Origin: Patescibacteria group bacterium
GTDB lineage: Bacteria > Patescibacteriota > Patescibacteriia > UBA9934 > GWF2-40-263
DNA length: 64,000 nucleotides
Direction: 5' to 3'
NCBI GenBank assembly: GCA_041661745.1
Contig: JBAZTR010000005.1
Location: 3,283-67,282 of the forward strand
Shown: piece after piece, positions 22,492-32,133 of the stretch
Position numbering within the stretch: the stretch's first letter is position 1
Layout of the letters: the number at the start of each line of letters is the position of its first letter
Translations under genes and position numbers: made by a program
The notes under the pieces: model-generated
Told to the model about the DNA's origin: nothing
The model's database searches: none
What the model saw: the letters and a program-made list of their open reading frames with translations, nothing else

Positions 22492-25106
22492 ACCGCTTTT
22501 TCTACTTCAACCTGTCCACCAGTTTTTAAAACAATGGTATCGCGCGGCTTAACCTCGCCGGACAGCAAAACATTGGCCGCGGCGTTTTCCACATTCTCTT
22601 GAATTACACGGCGAAGCGGTCGAGCCCCAAACAACGGATCAAAACCTTTTTTGGCCAACTCTTCGACCACGGCGTCTTCGGCCCGCAATTTTATTCCCTT
22701 CATTTCTAAACGTTCGGCCACCTGTTTAATCATAAGGTAGGCAATCTGCCGAACGTCATCAAGCGTCAACGGTTTAAAAACAATGACCGCGTCAAAACGA
22801 TTCAAAAACTCCGGACGATAAATTCCTTTTAATTCTTGTTCTAACAATTCGGTTTTGATTTCCTCCAGCGGCCGGTTGGCTTTAACCGCGTCCTGAATAA
22901 AAGAGGTCCCGGCATTGGACGTGGCAATTAAAATAGTGCTGGTAAAATCAATCGTCCGCCCGGCGGCATCAGTTAAACGACCGTCGTCCATGACTTGCAG
23001 AAAAAGATTTAAAATTTCCGGACTGGCTTTTTCAAGCTCGTCAAGCAAAATAATTGAAAAAGGTTCTTGCCGCACAGCCTCCGTTAACAAGCCGCCTTCT
23101 TTTGAATCAGGGTTACCGATTAAGCGATGGATACTGGCGGTGTCCTGATATTCGGACATATCAAAACGTTGCATGGCCCCTTCGCTACCAAAATAAGCTT
23201 CGGCCACGGCTTTAGCCAATTCGGTTTTACCAACGCCGGTCGGCCCCAGAAAAAGAAAATTAGCAATTGGCCGTTTACCACTGCGAAGTTCGGCTCGCGA
23301 CCGGCGCAGGGCCGAGGAAACGGCTTTAACCGCTTCCTCTTGGCCAATCACCCGACCGTGCAAACGATCTTCGAAATGTAAAAGTTTTTCTTTTTCGTCT
23401 TCGGTTACTTTATTTAAAGGAATACCGGTTTTTTCTGACATGACTTTGGAAACATCTTCGCCGGTCACCAAAGTGTTTGAGCCCTTCTTTTGTCTGGCTT
23501 CCAAAGCCACTTCTTTAGCTAATTCAATGGCCTTTTCCGGTAAATAACTTTCGTGCAAATACCGGTCGGAAAAAATAACCGATTTTTCCAAAGCTTCAAA
23601 AGAAAAAATAATGTTATTTTGACCTTCGATCTCGGCCATTTTTGATTCCAAAATATTAATTGCCTCGGAGGTCGTTGGTTCGGGGATATTTATTTTCTGT
23701 AAAATTCGACCAAGGGCCGAAGGTTCAACGGCTTCAGAAAAAGCTTCAGGGGTGGTTGTGGCAATAAGCCAAGTAACCCCGCGCGCCAAAGCATCGGCCA
23801 AAACCGAAGCTAAATCCATGGTGTGCTCACTACCAGAAGTGATACCGGTTATTTTTTCAATATCGTTAACCACTAAAATAATATTGCGAGAACGAGCCAC
23901 TTCGGACAAAATCGACATTAATCTTTCTTCAGCCTCGGATGGGTTAGCTCCAGACAAAAGCGTTGAAATGGAAAGCGAAACCAAGCGCTTGTCTTTTAAA
24001 ACCTCGGGCACGTCTTCCTCAACCATTTTTTGGGCAATACCAGCAATAATCGTTTTCTTACCAATCCCGGGCGGCCCAACTAAAATCACGCTCTGCCCGC
24101 CACCTTCAATCGCTCGAAAAATTTCACGAATTTCTTTTTCGCGATCAATCAGCATGGGCAAACGGCCATAAACCGCTTCAACGGTCAAATCGTCGGCCAC
24201 ACGGTCCAAAAGCGGCGTGGCCACGCTGGTCATGGCCCGGTTCATATCACCAACCGGCTTATGCAAAGCCGCCCGACGAAATTTTTCGTAACGAAGGCGA
24301 AGTTCTTCGTTAATGCGAACCCATTCCACGGCGTGATCAAATTGTTCTTTAGTAATTTCTTTAGAGGTTAACCAATCAGCCAAAAGCGGCTCGGCGTGAA
24401 AGGCTTTTTGAAAAAGTTCGAGAATAGAAACTGTTCTTTGACCTCGTTCGTAAGCCGAAATAAATGACTGAAAAATCACGTCTTGGCCGACGGCTGATAA
24501 AGCCGTGCTTTCACCAACCGTTAAAGCGGCCAAACTTTTTTCAATCGCTGGTTTTAAATCGTCAAAGCGTATGCCTAACCGAGCCAAAACAACCCGCGGT
24601 TTTTCCGCTGACAAACAACCGGAAAATAAATGAATCGCGGCCACCTCGGCATGATGAAAGCGTTCGGAAAATTCAAAAGCCTCTTCCACGGCCCGACGCG
24701 CGGCGTTTTCAAAAGTTTCGGCAATATTTTCGGTTCGACCAATGGCCGGGCCGATGGTTGGTGGTTCGTTGTTATAAAGTCGCTTTGGTAAATAGTGAGA
24801 GCGTCGAGACGATTCGCTTAAACGATAAATAACAAATTCACCACAAAGCAAAACAAAGAAAAGCAAACCGGCCGTTAAATTCGGTTCAAACCAAAAAGGC
24901 GAGGTTAACATTTCGTGACCTTGACCGCGGATAAACAAATCGAAAAAAGCTTTACCTAAAGCCGCAAGACCCAAAAGCATTACCCCAACGGTCAAAGCCT
25001 GATCAGTCCGTTCGCGAACAAGCGAAACCGCCCGCGAAACACGATCCAGCTTTTCCGACCAAAGATATGATTTTCCGTTAATGATGACGGAATTTTGTGG
25101 AGACAT
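22488..25106 (-). CDS. ClpC/ClpB-like AAA+ chaperone with an N-terminal transmembrane extension
   Basis: Two AAA+ modules (VILVGPPGIGKKT ; FLFLGPTGVGKTELAKA) and a ClpB_D2-small C-terminus. The first ~90 aa contain two predicted TM helices, which is unusual for this family. Confidence 0.85.
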   Translation of the reverse strand: MSPQNSVIINGKSYLWSEKLDRVSRAVSLVRERTDQALTVGVMLLGLAALGKAFFDLFIRGQGHEMLTSPFWFEPNLTAGLLFFVLLCGEFVIYRLSESSRRSHYLPKRLYNNEPPTIGPAIGRTENIAETFENAARRAVEEAFEFSERFHHAEVAAIHLFSGCLSAEKPRVVLARLGIRFDDLKPAIEKSLAALTVGESTALSAVGQDVIFQSFISAYERGQRTVSILELFQKAFHAEPLLADWLTSKEITKEQFDHAVEWVRINEELRLRYEKFRRAALHKPVGDMNRAMTSVATPLLDRVADDLTVEAVYGRLPMLIDREKEIREIFRAIEGGGQSVILVGPPGIGKKTIIAGIAQKMVEEDVPEVLKDKRLVSLSISTLLSGANPSEAEERLMSILSEVARSRNIILVVNDIEKITGITSGSEHTMDLASVLADALARGVTWLIATTTPEAFSEAVEPSALGRILQKINIPEPTTSEAINILESKMAEIEGQNNIIFSFEALEKSVIFSDRYLHESYLPEKAIELAKEVALEARQKKGSNTLVTGEDVSKVMSEKTGIPLNKVTEDEKEKLLHFEDRLHGRVIGQEEAVKAVSSALRRSRAELRSGKRPIANFLFLGPTGVGKTELAKAVAEAYFGSEGAMQRFDMSEYQDTASIHRLIGNPDSKEGGLLTEAVRQEPFSIILLDELEKASPEILNLFLQVMDDGRLTDAAGRTIDFTSTILIATSNAGTSFIQDAVKANRPLEEIKTELLEQELKGIYRPEFLNRFDAVIVFKPLTLDDVRQIAYLMIKQVAERLEMKGIKLRAEDAVVEELAKKGFDPLFGARPLRRVIQENVENAAANVLLSGEVKPRDTIVLKTGGQVEVEKAV

Positions 25107-25130
25107 AAAAAAATAAAAACCAAGCTAGCT

Positions 25131-25496
25131 TCAAAAAAATAAATGATACGCAAAACCAAAGACGGAAAAAGGCAAGAAAAGAAGATAGGCCAACAAAAAT
25201 AACAAAACTAAAACCAACCAAAGCAGCAGGGCTATCCCCCGGACAATAACCACAACCAAACGAACAAAAAAACTAATAATCCGACCGGTTATATCTGTCG
25301 TGCCATACATTGGCACAAAGAGATTTGTTAACCAAACCCCAAGTCCCAAATTGGTGTATTTATTTTTTATTGATTGACCACTACCCTCTAAAACAGAAAC
25401 TAACCCGCGGGTGTACCACCAAACCGGAAAAAACAAAATCCAACCGATCGCCTCGCCGATCAGTTTGGCCCCGTCCAAAGGAATTGTACTGGTCAT
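25131..25496 (-). CDS. Hypothetical small membrane protein
   Basis: Three to four TM helices. The likely start is the internal MTSTIPLD; the track ORF overlaps the ftsI 3' end by 85 nt. Confidence 0.35.
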   Translation of the reverse strand: MTSTIPLDGAKLIGEAIGWILFFPVWWYTRGLVSVLEGSGQSIKNKYTNLGLGVWLTNLFVPMYGTTDITGRIISFFVRLVVVIVRGIALLLWLVLVLLFLLAYLLFLPFSVFGFAYHLFF

Positions 25497-25507
25497 AACG
25501 TTTAAAA

Positions 25508-27313
25508 TTACCGCTCTGGTGGTATCTCGTAATATTTTAGCAAGAAATCGGCGATTTCGCCAAAAAGCGGTGCAGCCGAAGATTCGGCCCATTCCACATC
25601 ACGCGGATGGTCCAAACGAACCAACATGGCAAACCGCGGATTAGAGACCGGGGCAAAACCGGCAAATGAGCCGATATTATTATCAGTTTGATAGCCACCA
25701 TCAGCACTAGCCACCTGTGCCGTGCCGGTTTTACCAGCCACATAATAACCGGGCACACCGGCTTTTTTGCCGTGGCCGTTTTCCACCACCGAGACCAACA
25801 TGGCTCCGATGAGACTGGCACTCTTTTCGCTAATTACCCGACGAACTTCTTTTTTACCTTTTGTTTCGACGGTTCCATCGGAATATTTTATTTGATCAAT
25901 GATTTGCGGCTCTAACAAAACCCCGTTATTAGCCAAAGCCGCATAAGCCATGACCAGCTGAAGCGGCGTAACGGAAATTCCTTGACCAAAAGACGCTGTG
26001 GCCGAATAAACTTCAGCACTTTTGTTTAAGGAAGAAACATCGCCAAAAACTTCGGTGTCCAAATCAATACCGGTTGATTCGCCAAAACCGAAATTTTTGA
26101 CGTATTCTTTAAATTTTTCCTGGCCGGTTTGTTGCATGGCAAAAACCGTGCCGGTGTTAACTGAATTTTCAAGAATCTGCGTTAAGGTCACGGTGCCATA
26201 AACTTTATTTTCCGCATTAGACAGCGGCTTATCCCAACCACCAACCATAATCGAACCGGTATCATTATAAGTTGAGGACGGCTCGAGCACGCCGGAATCT
26301 AAAGCCGCGACTAAAGTAAACGGTTTAAAAACCGAACCCGGTTCGTAAGCATCAAAAGTCACCGGATTGTTAAAGTCATTAATACTTGAAACACTGCCAT
26401 AATTGGCCGGATCAAAATCCGGCGAGCCACACATGGCCAAAATTTTTCCTGTGCTTGGTTCAACAATAACGACCGAACCGCCATCAGCTCCGTGTTTTTG
26501 TACGGCCGTCTTTAAACGATCACAGGCAAAAAACTGAATATTGCGATCAATGGTCAAGACAACATCGGCCCCATCAATGGCTGGTTGGAAAGCGCGATCA
26601 GCCGCGGCAATCAAGCGGCCGGCAATATCCCCCTCGGAACGTAAAAAACCAGGTGTCCCGGCCAAGAGATCATCAAAATAACCTTCAATACCGTATTTAC
26701 CAGATAACGAACCGTCGGAGTTGGAACCTAAAAAACCAAAAAGATGTCCGCCCAAACCGGCTTCGGGATAAAATCTAGACGATTCGCGAACATAAGAAAT
26801 ACCGGTTATGTCGGCCGCTTCAAGTTCGACCAAAACATCGTCAGGTACATGACGCTGGATTGGTTCGTATGGATCAGTCTTATTAGAAAGCTTAACGGTA
26901 AAATCAGCCTTAGTCGTATCGTCCCAATCAAACAGCGTCGCTAATTTTTCCACGGTTTCGCCGGGGTTATCAATCTGACGTGGATCAGCATAAACATAAG
27001 CCAACTTTTGATTAGTAACCACGGCCACTAAATTATTGTCTTTGCCGTCATGAACCAAAATGTCACCACGCTCGGCAAACAATTCTTGAAACAATTCGTG
27101 CTGACCACTGGCCACGGCTTCATAAAAAGAATGGTCGAAAATTTGTAAAATAAAAAGTTTGCCGATTATCGCGCCAGCCAGCAAAACCAAAAGAACCGAC
27201 AAAATTTGTAGCCGAAAATCACGAGGCTGCACTCGTTTTTTGTCGCCCTTCCAACGGTTGGACTGTTCGTCCATATTTTTTTTAGTTTTCCACCACGACC
27301 GTTTCTTCCTCAA
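25508..27313 (-). CDS. Peptidoglycan D,D-transpeptidase (PBP2/FtsI-like class B PBP)
   Basis: An N-terminal TM helix, then SxxK (GSVFKP), SxN and KTGTA motifs. Confidence 0.85.
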   Translation of the reverse strand: MRKKRSWWKTKKNMDEQSNRWKGDKKRVQPRDFRLQILSVLLVLLAGAIIGKLFILQIFDHSFYEAVASGQHELFQELFAERGDILVHDGKDNNLVAVVTNQKLAYVYADPRQIDNPGETVEKLATLFDWDDTTKADFTVKLSNKTDPYEPIQRHVPDDVLVELEAADITGISYVRESSRFYPEAGLGGHLFGFLGSNSDGSLSGKYGIEGYFDDLLAGTPGFLRSEGDIAGRLIAAADRAFQPAIDGADVVLTIDRNIQFFACDRLKTAVQKHGADGGSVVIVEPSTGKILAMCGSPDFDPANYGSVSSINDFNNPVTFDAYEPGSVFKPFTLVAALDSGVLEPSSTYNDTGSIMVGGWDKPLSNAENKVYGTVTLTQILENSVNTGTVFAMQQTGQEKFKEYVKNFGFGESTGIDLDTEVFGDVSSLNKSAEVYSATASFGQGISVTPLQLVMAYAALANNGVLLEPQIIDQIKYSDGTVETKGKKEVRRVISEKSASLIGAMLVSVVENGHGKKAGVPGYYVAGKTGTAQVASADGGYQTDNNIGSFAGFAPVSNPRFAMLVRLDHPRDVEWAESSAAPLFGEIADFLLKYYEIPPER

Positions 27314-27731
27314 CTAAAACCGTGCCAACAAAAACCTGGCTTTCGCCGGTTGATTCGTTTTCTTGAGCGCGAATCAAACGACCAACATTATTTTCGTAAT
27401 CAGTAAAATTAAAAACATCACCTTCCTCCACTGCCGTCTCGTCAAAAACTGCGGTAACGGTTCCGCGATCTTCGGTTGAAAGTTCGTAGGGTTCGCCTTC
27501 GTAAACTGCTCCCTCTTCATCGGTTTCAAGATCACTTTCCGCCGGCCGATAAAAAATTGTTTCGTCGGTTTTAGGATTTAAATAAATAAACGCTCCCTCG
27601 TCGGAAAAAAGCCAATAAACAAGCTCACTCCCTTCAAGAGTTACTTCAGCTCGACCCTTGTATTCAAACGGGTCATTTTTTACGAGTAAAGTAGTGTTAG
27701 TTTTAAGAGCGAGAAGTTGATCGGTTGTCAT
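27282..27731 (-). CDS. Hypothetical acidic protein (149 aa)
   Basis: The ORF is in an operon position between rarA and ftsI. It has no recognisable motif. Confidence 0.35.
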   Translation of the reverse strand: MTTDQLLALKTNTTLLVKNDPFEYKGRAEVTLEGSELVYWLFSDEGAFIYLNPKTDETIFYRPAESDLETDEEGAVYEGEPYELSTEDRGTVTAVFDETAVEEGDVFNFTDYENNVGRLIRAQENESTGESQVFVGTVLVEEETVVVEN

Positions 27732-28981
27732 AGAAACTTTTTATTTTTTAATTCTTCGGGAAGATAAGTTTGGTTAGTAGCGTCTTCTTCGGGCGGATAC
27801 AAATAATCTTTTCCGTAATCCAAGTCTTTCATCAATTTGGTTGGCGCGTTACGCAAATGAATCGGCACCGGCGGATTTGGCCCTTCATGAATTGTCGAAG
27901 CTACTTCGCCATAAGCCTTATACAGCTCAATCGACTTTGGGGCGCGAGCGAGATAAACCACTACCTGTGCCAAATTGACATTACACTCAGGTAAACCAAT
28001 GGAATGAGCTGCTTGGTAAGCTGCCGTGGCTTGCAAAAGGGCCTGTGGATCAGCTAACCCGACATCCTCGGAAGCAAAGCGTATCAGACGCCGGGCAATA
28101 TACAACGGATCCTCGCCGGCTTCAAGCATGCGGCCAAGCCAGTACAAGGCAGCGTTAGCATCACCACCGCGCATGGACTTATGAAGCGCCGAAATAATAT
28201 TGTAATGTTCCTCGCCGGCGCGGTCGTAAAGTAAATGTGATTTTTGAAAAGCCTCCCGAATTTCCGTCGCGGATAATTTTAGCACATTTTCGTCTTGCGT
28301 TGTTGTGAAAGAATCCACAGCAACCTCAAGGGCATTCAAAGCTGATCGCGCGTCACCATCAGCCAGGCCGGAAAGTAACGATTCCGCCTCCAAAGATAAT
28401 TCAATTTTCTTTTTTCCCAAACCCCTAACCTCATCTTTAAGCGCGGCCCGCACAATAACCAAAATATTTTCCGGCGTCAACTTTTCCAAAACAAAAACTC
28501 TAGAGCGAGAAAGCAAAGCCGAGTTAACTTCAAACGAAGGATTTTCCGTGGTCGCTCCAATAAGAGTAATAGTGCCATCTTCCACGGCTGGCAAAAAAGC
28601 GTCTTGCTGACTTTTGTTAAAGCGATGAATTTCATCGATAAAAACGATGGTTCTTTTTTTAAAAAACTTAATTTGCTCGCGAGCCTCCTTAATTGCTTCA
28701 CGAACCTCGGCCACACTCGACGAGGTGGCCGAAAGAGCAACAAAACGCGACTTGGTTTCGCCGGCAATAATCCGAGCCAAAGTGGTTTTACCCGTGCCTG
28801 GCGGACCCCAAAAAATCATGGATGGCAATTTATCCTGCGCAATAAGCCGGCGAAGCAAACCGGTTACCCCTAAAATTTTGTCCTGTCCAACAAATTCAAC
28901 CAAAGTCCGCGGCCGCATGCGTTCGGCCAAGGGGGCGTTAGCTAAACGGTTTGTGTTTTCTTGAGATGAAAATAAATCCAT
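27728..28981 (-). CDS. rarA: Replication-associated recombination protein A (AAA+ ATPase RarA/MgsA)
   Basis: MRPRTLVEFVGQD...WGPPGTGKTTLARIIA, plus sensor motifs and a MgsA C-terminal domain. Confidence 0.85.
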   Translation of the reverse strand: MDLFSSQENTNRLANAPLAERMRPRTLVEFVGQDKILGVTGLLRRLIAQDKLPSMIFWGPPGTGKTTLARIIAGETKSRFVALSATSSSVAEVREAIKEAREQIKFFKKRTIVFIDEIHRFNKSQQDAFLPAVEDGTITLIGATTENPSFEVNSALLSRSRVFVLEKLTPENILVIVRAALKDEVRGLGKKKIELSLEAESLLSGLADGDARSALNALEVAVDSFTTTQDENVLKLSATEIREAFQKSHLLYDRAGEEHYNIISALHKSMRGGDANAALYWLGRMLEAGEDPLYIARRLIRFASEDVGLADPQALLQATAAYQAAHSIGLPECNVNLAQVVVYLARAPKSIELYKAYGEVASTIHEGPNPPVPIHLRNAPTKLMKDLDYGKDYLYPPEEDATNQTYLPEELKNKKFL

Positions 28982-28984
28982 ATT

Positions 28985-29495
28985 TTTCAGACCCCTCACC
29001 CCTTTCCCCCGCTACTTGCAGATGAGCGGGGCTCTTCCCCTCCCCCAAGGCTGGGAGGGGAGAAAATTTCGGTTTTAATTATTTTAATTACAGAATCAAT
29101 GTCCTTTAAGACTTGTTCGTTTGTAAATCTCAAAATTTTATACCCAAATCCTTCTAAAACATCGCTCCTAAATTTGTCGTGTTCGGAAAAATCTTTCTTT
29201 TGATGAATCGGCCCATCAACCTCAATAATCAATTTAAGAGTGCGGCTACAAAAATCCGTTATAAAATTTTCTATTCCGACTTGCCGAGAAAACTTAACAC
29301 CCAACCTACTGTTTCTTAAACGACGCCAAAGAACTTCTTCAGCCTCCGTACTTTTTTCCCTTAATTCCCTTCGACTCTCTTTAAGTTTAGAAGGGTTCAT
29401 TTTTGGTACTTCTAACATAAAAATCTTGCCCCCTCTCAGCCCCGGGAGAGGGGGATGGCCTCTCTTGATTTGGAGAGGGGTGAGGGATTCGCTAA
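28985..29495. mobile_element. Miniature DUF559 element: the gene is flanked by GC hairpins and ~20-nt terminal inverted repeats
   Basis: Left end CAGACCCCTCACCCCTTTCC (28985-) versus the reverse complement of the right end, GAATCCCTCACCCCTCTCC (-29495). CCCCTCCC...GGGAGGGG hairpins lie inside both flanks. Confidence 0.45.
28996..29418 (-). CDS. DUF559 endonuclease-domain protein (Vsr/restriction-endonuclease-like fold)
   Basis: EEVLWRRLRN...FSRQVGIENFITDF...IIEVDG..H...D..R...L...G..ILRF matches the DUF559 family. A paralog is at 45577-45954. Confidence 0.75.
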   Translation of the reverse strand: MLEVPKMNPSKLKESRRELREKSTEAEEVLWRRLRNSRLGVKFSRQVGIENFITDFCSRTLKLIIEVDGPIHQKKDFSEHDKFRSDVLEGFGYKILRFTNEQVLKDIDSVIKIIKTEIFSPPSLGGGEEPRSSASSGGKG

Positions 29496-29521
29496 CTTGA
29501 TTCTAAACCTATCTAACACCC

Positions 29522-29550
29522 TTGACAAACGGCAATTTTTTTGCTAATCT
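29522..29550 (+). promoter_or_regulatory. Sigma70-type promoter of island 3 (TTGACA-N17-TAATCT)
   Basis: TTGACA lies at 29522-29527 and TAATCT at 29545-29550 with an exact 17-nt spacer. It is followed by a GGCCTGA-GTGAAA-TCAGGCC hairpin in the leader. Confidence 0.5.
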
Positions 29551-29608
29551 AACCCTCCTTGGCCTGAGTGAAATCAGGCCTAAACGTTCCTTGAGACAGG
29601 AGCTGGTC

Positions 29609-29830
29609 ATGCGAGGAAACTTTGGCTGGACCCCAGAGCAGAGAGAAGTGGCCAGGCGTAACGATGCCTGGCGGCGAGAACTGCGGCGCCGCGGAACCCA
29701 GGAAGGTGGCATCGTCGAAAGCGCCGACGATGTCCGGGCCATGCTCGGCAGCGGCGGCCGCTTCCTCGCCCGCTTCTTCCCAGATCGCCCCTCCGATCGT
29801 CTGCCCCCTACTTCACCCGACGATGAGTAG
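29609..29830 (+). CDS. Small hypothetical protein, high-GC island 3 (73 aa, Arg-rich)
   Basis: The ATG at 29609 is preceded by AGGAGCTGG. The GC-rich body reads MRGNFGWTPEQREVARRNDAWRRELRRRG..., and the antisense ORFs look like artifacts. GGGCTTTTTT follows the stop. Confidence 0.4.
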   Translation: MRGNFGWTPEQREVARRNDAWRRELRRRGTQEGGIVESADDVRAMLGSGGRFLARFFPDRPSDRLPPTSPDDE

Positions 29831-29882
29831 AGGGCTTTTTTAATTTTCAATATTCGCTCTTCGATGATAATATATTAACCGT

Positions 29883-31319
29883 ATGCAAACCTCGACTGAT
29901 CAAAAAATCTGGGAAGAAGAACAGCTAATTATTGCTGCAGAAAAACAAAAAACCCCCGAACTTTTTGTAACTTCAAAAAAAGAGCCAGGACAACTTTTTA
30001 CGCGTATCGGTATTCTTGATTATCCAACTTCCTTGCCCAAAGGTTATATAAAATACTCGCCGCTTGATTTTATTGTCGAAGAAATATTACCCGACGACAC
30101 AGTTGTTGATGTAGACAGTTTTAAAACTGACTCAAAGGCGATTATGTCCGGCCAAGGCACAATTTATGCCGATATTGTTAAAGTTGGCATTTCCACGCTT
30201 GATGCGGTTAATCGCATTGCCGAGGCTTTGAACCTTGATCCAAAACAAATCGGCTACGCCGGAATTAAAGATGCTGTTGCCCTAACTTCGCAAACTGTCA
30301 GTTTCCGTGGCGGTGTTACGGTTGAAGAAATTAAAAAACTTTCAGTTCAAGGAGTTATTATAAAAAACGTGGTGGAAGGAAAAGGGGCCGTCCAAATCGG
30401 CGCGCTTAAGGGAAACCATTTTACTTTATTCGTTAGAACGGAAAAACAGATTGACGAAGTCGCTTTTCAAAAAAATATCTCTCTTATCAACGAAAAAGGC
30501 ATTCCCAATTACTTTGGCCCGCAACGTTTTGGCAGTCCGCGCTTTTTGTCGCACTTATTCGGCATGCATTTGCTGCGTGGTGAGCCAAAAGAAGTGGTAA
30601 AAACTTATTTCTTTAAAACCAGTGAATTTGAATATCCATTCGTCACCAATTTACGAAACGAAGCCGCCAAACACTGGGGCGACTGGCCAGCGGTGGAGAA
30701 AATCTTTTCCACACTTCCCTACACCTTTCGTCATGAATTGAAGATATTGGAAACTTTAAAAGAACCGGGCAAACAAGATTCGTTTGTCGAAGCCTTATCA
30801 ACTATCGATCGCCAAGTTGATTTGTGGGCCCGCGCTTACGCCAGTTTTTTAAACAATCTTATTTTTTCCGAAGCCGAAACTGCCAGTCTTCCCTTGCCCG
30901 AGACAACTATTCAACTTTTAACGGAAAATCCCGAAGCACAAAATTTATATGGTAAATGGCTGGCAACACACGGCACCAAAAAATTCGTGGAAAATTTAAA
31001 ACAATTTCGTTTTACCAATTTTATTCACTTGGGCAATGCGGCTATTCCATCGCGCGTTAGGCCACATGTGCATAACTATAAAATTGTCCCCGAAGGCGTG
31101 GCTATTTGTTTTGATTTGCCCAAAGGGGCCTATGCCACCACGGTTTTAATGTTTCTATTCGACACCGTTACCGGCCAGCCTTTTCCTGAATGGATGAGCC
31201 GGACTGATTTTGATTCAAAAGAATTATTAAGTCTTGGTTCAATTGCAGAAATTAAAAAAGCCCTCGGGCCTTCTGTTGAACAGTTGATGTCCAAAAAACA
31301 GGAAGTTGAGGGGGATTAA
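29883..31319 (+). CDS. truD: tRNA pseudouridine(13) synthase TruD/Pus7 family (long form)
   Basis: The TruD signature YAGIKDAVALTSQ (GxKD..A.T.Q) is present. At 478 aa it resembles archaeal/eukaryotic Pus7-like forms rather than the ~350-aa bacterial TruD. Confidence 0.7.
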   Translation: MQTSTDQKIWEEEQLIIAAEKQKTPELFVTSKKEPGQLFTRIGILDYPTSLPKGYIKYSPLDFIVEEILPDDTVVDVDSFKTDSKAIMSGQGTIYADIVKVGISTLDAVNRIAEALNLDPKQIGYAGIKDAVALTSQTVSFRGGVTVEEIKKLSVQGVIIKNVVEGKGAVQIGALKGNHFTLFVRTEKQIDEVAFQKNISLINEKGIPNYFGPQRFGSPRFLSHLFGMHLLRGEPKEVVKTYFFKTSEFEYPFVTNLRNEAAKHWGDWPAVEKIFSTLPYTFRHELKILETLKEPGKQDSFVEALSTIDRQVDLWARAYASFLNNLIFSEAETASLPLPETTIQLLTENPEAQNLYGKWLATHGTKKFVENLKQFRFTNFIHLGNAAIPSRVRPHVHNYKIVPEGVAICFDLPKGAYATTVLMFLFDTVTGQPFPEWMSRTDFDSKELLSLGSIAEIKKALGPSVEQLMSKKQEVEGD

Positions 31320-31326
31320 TTGGTTG

Positions 31327-31360
31327 GGGACTAAGGGACTGGGATACTGAGGGACTGAGT
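31327..31360. repeat. Short tandem repeat, (GGGACTxx) x4
   Basis: GGGACTAAGGGACTGGGATACTGAGGGACTGAG lies immediately after the truD stop. Confidence 0.5.
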
Positions 31361-31380
31361 TTTTGAAAACTTCGTAGATA

Positions 31381-31428
31381 CGCGAACGCCGTGTAGACTG
31401 GTTCCACCCAAGAGGGGTGGGTCTACAC
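31381..31428. terminator. Large bidirectional hairpin between convergent truD and the island-4 gene
   Basis: CGCCGTGTAGAC-tggttccacccaagaggggtgg-GTCTACACGGCG: a 12-bp stem whose loop holds a nested CCACCC/GGGTGG hairpin. Confidence 0.55.
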
Positions 31429-31459
31429 GGCGTGAGTGCGGCTGCGTCTGCTAGTGTGA

Positions 31460-32041
31460 CTAGCGGGGGACGCACCGCATGTGGGCCTCGGTGTCCAGGA
31501 CGCGGAGGTCCCGGATCTCCCCGACCTCGTCGTCGTTGAGGGCGTGGGCCGGATTCACCGTCACACTGCCGTCCGGGTTCCGGAAGCAGTGGACGTGCCC
31601 GAAGGTCCGCCCGAGGATCTCGGTGAGCTTGGCCTGGAGGGCCGGGGACATGTCCAGGGCGGGCTTTCCTGCCTCGAGGACGACGACCAGGAAGTACATC
31701 CGGTCGCCCTCCTTCTGGAACATGGTCAGCCCGGTCACGGACCATCCGAACACCCTGGTCACGTCCGCGAGGACGCAGCGCAGGGAGACGGACTGGCGTC
31801 CCTCGGCCTTCCAACCGAACACCGGCGTGCCGGAGTCGGCCTGGCGGTTGCCGACGGCATCGGTGCGATCGCCGCGGAGGCCGTCGCGGCCGGCGGCACT
31901 GGCGCGCTCGATGTTGCGCTCGGTCAGCTCGGTCTGGCGCTGGGTGGAGCGCACGGTGCAGACGACTCCGAGTCCCTTGAGCATCGCGGCCGCCCGGTCG
32001 TTGATGCGGGGCTTGACGATGAACCTGACGATCTGCGACAT
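31460..32041 (-). CDS. Hypothetical protein, high-GC island 4 (~193 aa)
   Basis: The ATG at 32041-32039 is preceded by GGAGGTTCAA. The protein MSQIVRFIVKPRINDRAAAMLKGLGV... has two VFGW repeats. The overlapping 295-aa (-) and 188/217-aa (+) ORFs are R/G/P-rich antisense artifacts. Confidence 0.45.
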   Translation of the reverse strand: MSQIVRFIVKPRINDRAAAMLKGLGVVCTVRSTQRQTELTERNIERASAAGRDGLRGDRTDAVGNRQADSGTPVFGWKAEGRQSVSLRCVLADVTRVFGWSVTGLTMFQKEGDRMYFLVVVLEAGKPALDMSPALQAKLTEILGRTFGHVHCFRNPDGSVTVNPAHALNDDEVGEIRDLRVLDTEAHMRCVPR

Positions 32042-32133
32042 TTGAACCTCCTGGCGTTGAGCCAGAGTGGTGGGGGGGGGCTGGGTGGAACGAACACTCA
32101 ATCGGACCCTTTCGGATCAGAATCAAGCGTATA

